DNA from: a virus
IMG/VR virus record: IMGVR_UViG_3300025735_000006
Direction: 5' to 3' (one strand)
DNA length: 46,366 bases
Shown: piece by piece, positions 1-7,129 of the stretch
Numbering within the stretch: position 1 is the stretch's first letter
Layout: every line of letters starts with the position of its first letter
Notes under the pieces: generated by a model
What the model saw: the letters and a program-made list of their open reading frames with translations, nothing else
Told to the model about the DNA's origin: nothing
Database searches by the model: none
Program-made: the position numbers and the translations under genes

Positions 1-127
1 GTTTTTTTGTTTTTAATGCTGTGATGGTTGCTAGTGGTGGCGGCTTGTATTATGCGGCTAATGGAATTATTCAAGTTTCATGTTTATTTTTAGCAGCAAT
101 GATGATTGAGGATTTATTAAATGAGCA
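1..127. repeat. Terminal overlap copy 1, identical to 46240..46366 (circular closure)
   Basis: Base-by-base comparison: 1..127 = 46240..46366 (offset 46239). An ORF runs through the junction. Confidence 0.95.
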
Positions 128-131
128 CTGA
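1..131 (+). CDS. C-terminal part of the wrap-around 72-aa membrane protein (same gene as 46152..46366)
   Basis: The frame from ATG 46152 continues across the junction and closes at TGA 129..131. That stop overlaps the ATG at 121 (ATGAGCACTGA). Confidence 0.6.
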   Translation, partial: FFVFNAVMVASGGGLYYAANGIIQVSCLFLAAMMIEDLLNEH

Positions 132-363
132 AACATTAAAGCAAAACATTGAAACATTGGTTGCTGAATTAATTAGTTTATCAAATTCAAAAACCATCAT
201 TGAGCGTAGCTTTAGCTGGTTAAAAGTTCAGTATGTTGGTCGCGGCTCGGATAGTATTCAATTGTGGTTGAGCAATGAATATTCTGAACAATTTAGAACT
301 CGATATATGAATGAAACAATCGACAGACTAACAAAGATTAAAGAAGATTTATTGGAAGGGTAA
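121..363 (+). CDS. Hypothetical protein (80 aa)
   Basis: ORF is tightly packed between the wrap-around ORF and erf. No recognisable motif. Confidence 0.6.
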   Translation: MSTETLKQNIETLVAELISLSNSKTIIERSFSWLKVQYVGRGSDSIQLWLSNEYSEQFRTRYMNETIDRLTKIKEDLLEG

Positions 364-366
364 AAT

Positions 367-1125
367 ATGAGCAATTTAACAGTAATTAAAGAAGGCAATG
401 TTTCAGTAATTGAAAACAATGATGCTTCTTCAAATCCAGTTCAAGTTTTGTCAATGATTAGCAATCTTGTACAGCGTGAGAATTTTGATATTCATGCGCT
501 TGAGAAGTTGATTAAATTGCAAAATGATGCTGAAGATCGTCAAGCTAAAAAGATGTTTAATTTGAATTTAGCTGAGATGCTTGGGGAAATACCAGTAATT
601 GCAAAATTGGGTCACAATAAATTTAACAACACAAAGTTTGCTCGTCTTGAGGATGTTGTGGAAATTACACGACCTATTCTTTATAAATATGGTTTTTCAG
701 TAACTTATAAACAAAGACAAGAAATGATAGCTGGAGCCTCGACAGAGCCAAATTCAATATTCTGTATGATGACAGTTGTTTGTATCTTAAAGCATCGTGA
801 TGGGCATGAAGAATCAAATGAAATTCAATTGCCAATTGCAACAATTAAAGGGCAAACACCAATTCAAGCTATGGGTAGCGGGTCAACATATGGAAGACGT
901 TATACTCTTATGCAAGCATTAAATATTGCCGTGTCTGAAGAAGATCAAGATGGATTTGCTGTAAATGCAAAAGTTGAATCAAGTAAAAAACCTTTATCAG
1001 ATGTTCGATTAACAAAAGCTATTGAACAGGTTAATGCTGGTGTAATCACAGTTGATAGCATTACAGATGCATATGATTTAACACCAGAACAATTAATTAA
1101 AATTGGGCGCGAGGTGAAAGCATGA
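367..1125 (+). CDS. erf: ERF-family ssDNA-annealing recombinase
   Basis: LEDVVEITRPILYKYGFS and GSGSTYGRRYTLMQALNI match the ERF core pattern. It is followed by a nuclease partner. Confidence 0.75.
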   Translation: MSNLTVIKEGNVSVIENNDASSNPVQVLSMISNLVQRENFDIHALEKLIKLQNDAEDRQAKKMFNLNLAEMLGEIPVIAKLGHNKFNNTKFARLEDVVEITRPILYKYGFSVTYKQRQEMIAGASTEPNSIFCMMTVVCILKHRDGHEESNEIQLPIATIKGQTPIQAMGSGSTYGRRYTLMQALNIAVSEEDQDGFAVNAKVESSKKPLSDVRLTKAIEQVNAGVITVDSITDAYDLTPEQLIKIGREVKA

Positions 1126-1808
1126 GCGTAGTATTTCGTGCTTCATCTGTTGGTAACTTGATGTCTTATCCAGACAAAAATAAGTTGCCAGATGGTGCAA
1201 TAACCGAACTAGACAAAATGGTTAGCCAAAAGTTAATCAAGTGGCAAGATGCAGAACTTGACTTCTTCACTACAGAAAAAGGCAAGATTTGTGAAAATGA
1301 AAGCATTGAAATTTACAATGAGGTTAATGATTCGTTTTATGTAAAAAATGTTGAACGAATTTACAAGGATGTAAGTACAGGATTAATCATTGACCATGAT
1401 ACAGGGTTGGTTTTTGATAAAACTCAACCAGTATTAACAGGTGAGTGCGATATTTTAGATAAAGCTAATAGTCTGGTAATTGACATAAAGACAGCTTATA
1501 GCAAAAAAACATATCCATTTAACTTGAAAATTTCAAAGCTGTATGAGTGGCAGTTAAGAGCATACATGTATTTGTATGATGTAAATAACGCTGAATTGGC
1601 TTATGTTTTGGTTGATACGCCACACGATCTAATCTCAAAGAAAGATCCTGAACATTGGCACTTTATGCAAGATGTACCACTAGGTTTTAGAGTTTCATCG
1701 TTGCGTATTGAGCGTGACGATGAGAAAGAGCAACAAATGCTTGCACGACTATCATTGTGCGAAAATTATGTTATGGAGCAGATAACATGCAAATCAAAGA
1801 AAGCTTAA
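1122..1808 (+). CDS. PD-(D/E)XK (YqaJ/lambda-Exo-like) recombination exonuclease
   Basis: ATGA overlap with erf. Motifs ECDIL, VIDIKT and YEWQLRAY fit D..(D/E)xK. Confidence 0.7.
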   Translation: MSVVFRASSVGNLMSYPDKNKLPDGAITELDKMVSQKLIKWQDAELDFFTTEKGKICENESIEIYNEVNDSFYVKNVERIYKDVSTGLIIDHDTGLVFDKTQPVLTGECDILDKANSLVIDIKTAYSKKTYPFNLKISKLYEWQLRAYMYLYDVNNAELAYVLVDTPHDLISKKDPEHWHFMQDVPLGFRVSSLRIERDDEKEQQMLARLSLCENYVMEQITCKSKKA

Positions 1809-2080
1809 TGTTTCCTTTTGTGGTGTGGATGACTAATGGCAGTCATTCACTAGGCGGCAAAGGCAAGAATGTAATCATGAAGCGTAACGGAAAAATTGCA
1901 AAGATCATGCTATCAAATAATGATTATTTAGACATGAATGATTATTGCTGTGAACGTTATGCATTATTTCTAAAGCAGTGGTTTAACAATGGTATTTCTT
2001 TTATTGAAGATTTGACCAAGCAAGGTGAAATTGAAATAAAGAAATTGCGACAAAGTTCTTATAGGGAGTTGATGAAGTGA
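1787..2080 (+). CDS. Hypothetical protein
   Basis: Track ORF 1757..2080 trimmed to the ATG preceded by a GGAGCA SD. Confidence 0.55.
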   Translation: MQIKESLMFPFVVWMTNGSHSLGGKGKNVIMKRNGKIAKIMLSNNDYLDMNDYCCERYALFLKQWFNNGISFIEDLTKQGEIEIKKLRQSSYRELMK

Positions 2081-2277
2081 AAACTAAATATGATTGGAGT
2101 GTTGTTCCCAGTTGGGTAAATTGGATTGCCATGGATTCAACATTTGAAATCTTTGGATTTGAAGATGTGCCTATTGCATTTGATGATTATTCATGGTGTT
2201 CAAATGTTTTTGTTGAGCTTGATTTGCACACTCCGAATTGTAATTGGAAAGATTCTTTAGAGGAGCGCCCAAAGTGA
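2077..2277 (+). CDS. Hypothetical protein, paralogue of 37512..37892
   Basis: GTG start overlaps the previous stop. Shares the DWS..AMD...WK.SL..RP pattern with 37512..37892. Confidence 0.6.
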   Translation: MKTKYDWSVVPSWVNWIAMDSTFEIFGFEDVPIAFDDYSWCSNVFVELDLHTPNCNWKDSLEERPK

Positions 2278-2450
2278 AAAGAAGAGAATTTCTCTTTATG
2301 ATAAGAGAAACTACATGGTATGTATCATATGAGTTTAGTTATTTTGGAACACAATTAGACATAGTTGTAAAAGACTTAAAATTGGCTAATGATTGGTGTT
2401 CTAAAAACGTTCCATTAGGAATTAGATATAATTTAAAACTTGAGGAATAG
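2274..2450 (+). CDS. Hypothetical protein
   Basis: GTG at 2274 lies 8 nt after AGGAG and overlaps the previous stop (GTGA). Confidence 0.5.
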   Translation: MKRREFLFMIRETTWYVSYEFSYFGTQLDIVVKDLKLANDWCSKNVPLGIRYNLKLEE

Positions 2451-2452
2451 AA

Positions 2453-2611
2453 ATGAATGTAGTGCACATTCTTTTAATTTTCGTGCTTGCTTTGGGTTTA
2501 ATTGCTTCAATATATATCACAGAATCAATTAAGCGTAAAAAATACCAGCAACGCAAAACAGACGATCAACGTAAATTTAATCCTATTCGTGAAAAACAAT
2601 GGTGGAAGTAA
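2453..2611 (+). CDS. Small single-pass membrane protein (52 aa), absent from the ORF track
   Basis: ATG 2453 to TAA 2609..2611. MNVVHILLIFVLALGLIASIYI helix followed by a basic tail. Confidence 0.5.
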   Translation: MNVVHILLIFVLALGLIASIYITESIKRKKYQQRKTDDQRKFNPIREKQWWK

Positions 2612-2613
2612 AC

Positions 2614-3162
2614 ATGAACTTAAATGAATTAATTTGTAAAGTTGAACAATGGGCAGAAGATCGAAATATCATTAAAGGATCAAAGCCAATTGATCAAGCT
2701 ATGAAGCTGTTTAGTGAATTTGGTGAGCTTGCGGATAATGTTGGTAAAGGGCGTGATTGTCGTGATGATATTGGTGATGTGTTTGTAGTATTGACTATCA
2801 TGACTGCACAACATGGGCATTCAATTGAAGATCATTTAGCAATATGTGGAAAGGGTTACAATCTAAAAGAAACCGTAGTTGAACTTTGTGAAAATCTTGT
2901 AATTTTTGCAGTAGCACGCCATCTTGAGTATGAAAAAGAGCAAGAAGCGCTTTCTATGGCTGTATGTTTATTGCAATCAATTGCACTGCAAAATGGCTTT
3001 ACTTTGGAAGAATGCGTACAAATTGCATATGAAGATATTAAAGATAGGGTTGGGATTTTATGGAATGGTGTTTTTGTGAAAAATACAGATGAAAATTACA
3101 ATGAGGTTAAATCTATGTTTGAGAAATCATTAGAAAATAACTTTAACCAATATAGCATTTAG
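2614..3162 (+). CDS. mazG: MazG-like nucleoside triphosphate pyrophosphohydrolase
   Basis: SEFGELADNV and DDIGDVFVVL fit the EXXE...EXXD metal-binding helices. Start trimmed to the ATG after GGTGGAAG. Confidence 0.75.
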   Translation: MNLNELICKVEQWAEDRNIIKGSKPIDQAMKLFSEFGELADNVGKGRDCRDDIGDVFVVLTIMTAQHGHSIEDHLAICGKGYNLKETVVELCENLVIFAVARHLEYEKEQEALSMAVCLLQSIALQNGFTLEECVQIAYEDIKDRVGILWNGVFVKNTDENYNEVKSMFEKSLENNFNQYSI

Positions 3163-3203
3163 CTCCGTTTATTGTTATAGTTATAACAGAACACGGAGCT
3201 TTA
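3161..3203 (+). terminator. Long hairpin plus U-rich tail (attenuator or intrinsic terminator)
   Basis: agctccgt (3161..3168) pairs with acggagct (3193..3200). An inner tgttata/tataaca stem is followed by ttatta. Confidence 0.4.
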
Positions 3204-3205
3204 TT

Positions 3206-4000
3206 ATGAAAAATTGTATTATTTGCAACATTGAATTTAATCCAAAGAGGATTGATAGTAAATATTGTTCAGTATTATGCAAAAGAAAGTCAATGTATCT
3301 AAAGGAGTGTGGCGGTGAGTTAAAAGGCAGAGGGAAAAACCTACTAGGAATGAAATTTACAAAATTAACGGTTGTTGGTAAATCAAAGGTTCAGGAAAAA
3401 GGATCTATAACATGGGATTGTATTTGCGATTGTGGAAACAAAACTTCAGCAAAGACAGCAATATTAAATTTTGGTTATAAAAAAAGCTGTGGTTGTTTGC
3501 ATGGTGAATCAGCGAGAAGCAAGGAAACAAAAAAAAGAAAACATGGAATGTGGAATACACCAACATATAAGACATGGGTTATGATGAAATCAAGATGTTA
3601 TGATACAAATAATGAGTCTTATTACAATTATGGGGCTGTTGGCATAACGGTTTGTGATAGTTGGAAAAATTCATTTGAGGAATTTCTGTCTGATATGGGT
3701 GTAAGACCAAAAGGAATGACTATTGACAGGATTGATAACTCTAAGGGTTATTTTAAAGAAAACTGCAGATGGCAAACCGCAAAGCAACAAGCCAATAATA
3801 GACGAACTAACGTATTTATCATACATGAGGGTAAAAAGATTAGTGTTGAAGATTACTCTAAAATCTTAAATATAACAGATTCGGGAGTTAGATTTAGGTT
3901 AAAAAGAGATTTCAAGAGGGTTGGCAATACATTCATAAAAGAATCAGACCCAGCTTATGCAAGTGTAATTAAATCAATTGAGGAAAATTGCCGTGCTTGA
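3206..4000 (+). CDS. Zinc-ribbon plus HNH/AP2-like homing-endonuclease-related DNA-binding protein
   Basis: CIICN..YCSVLCKRK zinc ribbon. YKTWVMMKSRCYD..YGAVGITVCDSW..FLSDMG..IDRIDNSKGY..NCRW block. Related block in 28048..28686. Confidence 0.55.
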   Translation: MKNCIICNIEFNPKRIDSKYCSVLCKRKSMYLKECGGELKGRGKNLLGMKFTKLTVVGKSKVQEKGSITWDCICDCGNKTSAKTAILNFGYKKSCGCLHGESARSKETKKRKHGMWNTPTYKTWVMMKSRCYDTNNESYYNYGAVGITVCDSWKNSFEEFLSDMGVRPKGMTIDRIDNSKGYFKENCRWQTAKQQANNRRTNVFIIHEGKKISVEDYSKILNITDSGVRFRLKRDFKRVGNTFIKESDPAYASVIKSIEENCRA

Positions 4001-4199
4001 TAATTTTATCAAATCTCTAGGCTTTCTTGGTGTAGATGCTTCAAATGTTAAGCATCAGCCAGATGAAAAGTTAATGTTTAAGTTTGAAGATGAAGTGGTA
4101 GATAAGCATTGGCGTTGTTTTTATGCATTTTATAAAGCTGGTTATAACGATGCATGTAATAAATTCGGCGCTTTTGCAATTCAGGAGATTAAGAAATGA
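3993..4199 (+). CDS. Hypothetical protein
   Basis: GTG at 3993 lies 6 nt after GAGGAAA and overlaps the previous stop. Confidence 0.5.
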   Translation: MLDNFIKSLGFLGVDASNVKHQPDEKLMFKFEDEVVDKHWRCFYAFYKAGYNDACNKFGAFAIQEIKK

Positions 4200-4396
4200 A
4201 ATGGATTAGTGTTGAGGATGAATTGCCAGTTGATGGCGAGTATGTTTTAGCTTTTATTGATCAGTCGGCAATAGAATGCAGCTATTCAACTAGAATGGGA
4301 TTTGAACCAATAACACTGCCATCGCATGGCTGTGGTTGTTGTAGTGGTGATGATCCACCAGTAACACACTGGACAAAGTACGAACCGCCGAAATAA
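4196..4396 (+). CDS. DUF551-like protein
   Basis: MKWISVEDELP ... VTHW..PPK. Paralogue at 35897..36073. Confidence 0.65.
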   Translation: MKWISVEDELPVDGEYVLAFIDQSAIECSYSTRMGFEPITLPSHGCGCCSGDDPPVTHWTKYEPPK

Positions 4397-4427
4397 AAAA
4401 GAAGCCTCATTGCGAGGCTTTCTTTTT
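4394..4427. terminator. Bidirectional Rho-independent terminator where the two arms converge
   Basis: gaagcctc-attgc-gaggcttt hairpin (4401..4421) flanked by an A-run and a T-run. Confidence 0.8.
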
Positions 4428-4715
4428 GTCTACTGAACTTTGAACAAATCTTGCAAACTTAGTTAATCCAATAGATAGACTTTTTGCATCTTCTGGATGT
4501 GCATCAACAAAAGAACTAAACCATTCATTGAGATCAATTTTTGATTCTTCTTTTGGTTTGCACATCTCATAAGCGCCTGCAAAATCTAAAGTTCTCATAG
4601 CATAAGCATAAGCATCGGGATTTTTAACAATCACCTTTGCTTGTGCTATTTGCTCATCAGTGCATCCTTGCGATCTTAAAGTCTGCTCGATATTGTTCAT
4701 TGTATCACCCTGCAA
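4407..4715 (-). CDS. Hypothetical protein, last gene of the late arm
   Basis: 102-aa ORF whose stop lies inside the terminator hairpin. Confidence 0.6.
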   Translation of the reverse strand: MQGDTMNNIEQTLRSQGCTDEQIAQAKVIVKNPDAYAYAMRTLDFAGAYEMCKPKEESKIDLNEWFSSFVDAHPEDAKSLSIGLTKFARFVQSSVDKKKASQ

Positions 4716-4734
4716 ATAAGCAGAATAATATCAA

Positions 4735-5577
4735 TTATCGAACACTATTGTTAGTAGCATTTGATGTTTGACCAACGCCAGCTTGCACACCGAAGTTTAC
4801 GTTTTGTTGTGTAGCGCGAACTACTTGAACATCATTAGCCAAGTTTCCAACACAAGTTGCAAGATTGGCGAGCAATTGTGCTTGTTGCTGTTGTTGTTGC
4901 TGTGCTTGTAGTTGAAGTTGGTTCTGAGTAACAGTTTGGGTTACATTAACCTCAGTGCTTCGAGCGCGAGCCTCTGCGCGATCTTCAGTGTTGCGAAGCT
5001 CTGCAATAGTCAACTGTCGGCTGAGGTTGGTAATTTCTTGATCCTTAAGCGCAGCAAGAATTAAATTTGTATTGCTTGCAGCCTGAGCTGAAAGAACTGC
5101 CTGAGCGTCTTTAGTTGCAAGAAGATTTTGAGTTCCACTTTGCGCTACGGCTTCACGAGTTGCAGCGGCGCTTTGTAGAACATTTACATTCACACCATTA
5201 ATGCCATTAGCAAGGTTTAGTTGCCCTGCCACAATAGTGTTTTCTACTTGACCTAAGTGTGATCGGATAGCACTTGTGTTTTCACAACCAGCTAATTGCA
5301 AATTACCTTCCGCTTGAAAGATAGCTTGCTTGATATCACCAATACCATCAACAACAGTTGTGTTTTGAATAGCATCAGTCACGCCAGTAATACCAGCAGT
5401 AAAGGTTGAATTTGTTACGCACCCCTCGCCGCCCCAGTTGCCACCACGGTTCCAGTCGTTACCAAAGCCGCGACCGCCAAGCATTGCTAATGCAAGCAAT
5501 CCTAATCCACCATTTCCAAGACCATCACCATAGCCACCAGTTGCGACCATTGCAGGGTATGTAGGTTGAATATTCAT
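4735..5577 (-). CDS. Gly-rich N-terminus / Asn-Gln-Ala-rich coiled-coil protein with a poly-Q tract (280 aa)
   Basis: Start trimmed to the ATG after GAGGAAG. GGYGDGLGNGGLGLLALAMLGGRGFGNDWNRGGNWGG, then QLQLQAQQQQQQQAQLL. Confidence 0.7.
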   Translation of the reverse strand: MNIQPTYPAMVATGGYGDGLGNGGLGLLALAMLGGRGFGNDWNRGGNWGGEGCVTNSTFTAGITGVTDAIQNTTVVDGIGDIKQAIFQAEGNLQLAGCENTSAIRSHLGQVENTIVAGQLNLANGINGVNVNVLQSAAATREAVAQSGTQNLLATKDAQAVLSAQAASNTNLILAALKDQEITNLSRQLTIAELRNTEDRAEARARSTEVNVTQTVTQNQLQLQAQQQQQQQAQLLANLATCVGNLANDVQVVRATQQNVNFGVQAGVGQTSNATNNSVR

Positions 5578-5654
5578 TATTTCTTCCTCATGCATGTTAA
5601 ATACCTTTTAAAGTAGGCAATTATTATTTTAATATGCATCATCTAGGAAAAATC

Positions 5655-5825
5655 ATGCGGCAAGAAATGTCACATAACAGCGTAACAAAGTGTATATATT
5701 GTGGATCAATCAAAAAAATTTGTAGTATGTGTGGAAAGACTTTTCTGTCTTTAAGAATCAATCATTTGTATTGCTCATCAAAATGTAGAACAAGAAAACA
5801 TAGGAAAAATAAAGCCCCTAAATAG
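5655..5825 (+). CDS. Small zinc-ribbon protein encoded opposite to the late genes
   Basis: CIYCGS..CSMCG plus YCSSKCRTRKHRK. AGGA SD lies 6 nt before ATG 5655 (track ORF starts at 5634). Confidence 0.5.
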   Translation: MRQEMSHNSVTKCIYCGSIKKICSMCGKTFLSLRINHLYCSSKCRTRKHRKNKAPK

Positions 5826-5876
5826 AGGCCTTGTAACGCAAATATGTGACATTTAATTCACACACTGGACACAGAC

Positions 5877-5898
5877 AACAACACGAATGTTGTTTTTA
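5877..5898 (+). terminator. Intrinsic terminator of the plus-strand mini-gene
   Basis: aacaaca-cgaa-tgttgtt hairpin followed by ttttaatt. There is no T-run in the minus orientation. Confidence 0.55.
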
Positions 5899-5919
5899 AT
5901 TGAGTGGGCAGTACATCCA

Positions 5920-6486
5920 CTACAAACTACGCAAAGCGCGCTCAAAAATAATAGCGATTTCAGCAATCTTCTGCGCTTTGTCTGTACCATTAATAATTCT
6001 CCGTGCGCCTACATAATCTTTTTTGGATTGATAAATGTAATCAGAAAGCTTGCGACCAGTGAACCAACCTTCTTTCATGCCAGTCAAAAGAATTTTAATT
6101 GCATATTCTTTTTGTAAGGCATATTCGGGATGATTTACAAAATCAATGCCAAGTTTATTTTTGGCTAGTAAGTAATTTGATAGCCACGTAAGCTGAACGT
6201 AGCCACGACCATAATAAAGATGATCTAATCCTTTGTAGACACTACCGTCAATGTCGTAATGTTGACCATATTTTCTACCTTTTCCTTTCCCATATTCTTC
6301 AATAGGAAGCATGGTTTTAGCAGTCTCCCACCATGTTGTAGCAAGAATATAAGCACCATTGGGATATGAGATGGACTTATCTTTATCCATCTCACCAACA
6401 ATAAAGTTAATCTCATTTACTTGGCTTTCATTTAATCGCCCTAAATTATTGCGAATAATATCAAAGCCACCTTTAGTCATTTTCAT
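5920..6486 (-). CDS. Endolysin, glycoside hydrolase family 19 (chitinase-like)
   Basis: YYGRGYVQLTW.SNY motif. The C-terminus RIINGTDKAQKIAEIAIIFERALRSL resembles LysAB2-type Acinetobacter phage endolysins (from memory). Confidence 0.85.
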   Translation of the reverse strand: MKMTKGGFDIIRNNLGRLNESQVNEINFIVGEMDKDKSISYPNGAYILATTWWETAKTMLPIEEYGKGKGRKYGQHYDIDGSVYKGLDHLYYGRGYVQLTWLSNYLLAKNKLGIDFVNHPEYALQKEYAIKILLTGMKEGWFTGRKLSDYIYQSKKDYVGARRIINGTDKAQKIAEIAIIFERALRSL

Positions 6487-6751
6487 TGGACTTTACCCTC
6501 AAGTAACCATAAACAAGCCGAACAATTAAACATGCAGCACCAAAGCGCGTTAATACCTCAGCGTTTTGAAGATGTCCGCGCATATTCCAGCCCAATACTG
6601 TATTAATAAATACAGCGGCAGATCCAACAGCAACCACTAGCATGATGGCATCAACATGCAAAGGGAATTTAATACGAGGATGCACAACAGCAACCATTAA
6701 TGATAAAAATATCATTAATAGACTAGCGCAATTAAGAAACATCATCATCAA
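6473..6751 (-). CDS. Holin/antiholin-like membrane protein (92 aa)
   Basis: Three hydrophobic helices. Overlaps both the holin and the endolysin genes. Confidence 0.55.
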   Translation of the reverse strand: MMMMFLNCASLLMIFLSLMVAVVHPRIKFPLHVDAIMLVVAVGSAAVFINTVLGWNMRGHLQNAEVLTRFGAACLIVRLVYGYLRVKSNEND

Positions 6752-7067
6752 GCTTTACTCCAGTTTTAGACTCTATTTCTACCTTACTACGCTTTTCTAT
6801 TGCTTTGAGTAACATTTTTGCAAGTGTTATGCCACCCATACCATAAATAAAACCAAAAACTTCGACATAATCACCAGAAGTTAGGAATTGTGCGGTTGGA
6901 GTGGATAAAGCAGCACACAATATAACACCAACTACCCAGCCAACAATCCTATCTACAATAGGTTTTCCTGAAGGCGTTAATGCAGTTACGGTAGCTCCAG
7001 CAATGCCCATGAAGATAACACCAACATGATCATTCATCCACTCCAGAATTTTGGCTAAAAAATCCAC
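6732..7067 (-). CDS. Holin-like membrane protein (111 aa)
   Basis: GTG start 6 nt after GAGGA. Hydrophobic helices plus a charged C-terminal tail, directly upstream of the endolysin. Confidence 0.6.
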   Translation of the reverse strand: MDFLAKILEWMNDHVGVIFMGIAGATVTALTPSGKPIVDRIVGWVVGVILCAALSTPTAQFLTSGDYVEVFGFIYGMGGITLAKMLLKAIEKRSKVEIESKTGVKLDDDVS

Positions 7068-7076
7068 AAGTGATCC

Positions 7077-7104
7077 TCTATATAAGTTTTACTTATAATA
7101 ACAA
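7077..7104 (-). promoter_or_regulatory. Candidate promoter of the lysis cassette
   Basis: Minus strand reads TTGTTA-16 nt-TATAGA directly after the tailspike terminator. Confidence 0.35.
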
Positions 7105-7123
7105 AAAAAGCCCCAAAGGGCTT
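7103..7123 (-). terminator. Rho-independent terminator after the tailspike gene
   Basis: Minus strand reads AAGCCC-TTTG-GGGCTT followed by T7. Confidence 0.8.
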
Positions 7124-7129
7124 AAATTG

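Noticed and set aside
1-127. The 127-bp repeat could be read as a biological direct terminal repeat or a cos region.
   Set aside because: The length equals a common maximal assembler k-mer, and an ORF reads through the junction. Sequence alone cannot prove physical ends, so it is treated as circular closure pending read-level analysis.
4874-4923. The CAA/CAG (poly-Q) tract could be a slippage-prone contingency repeat.
   Set aside because: The tract mixes CAA, CAG and other codons, so it is not a perfect repeat. Slippage would be in-frame triplets at best, and there is no evidence of phase variation from a single sequence.
5887-6117. A 76-aa plus-strand ORF overlaps the 3' part of the endolysin gene.
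   Set aside because: It starts after the plus-strand terminator at 5877..5898, has no SD, and is antisense to a clearly genuine GH19 endolysin.
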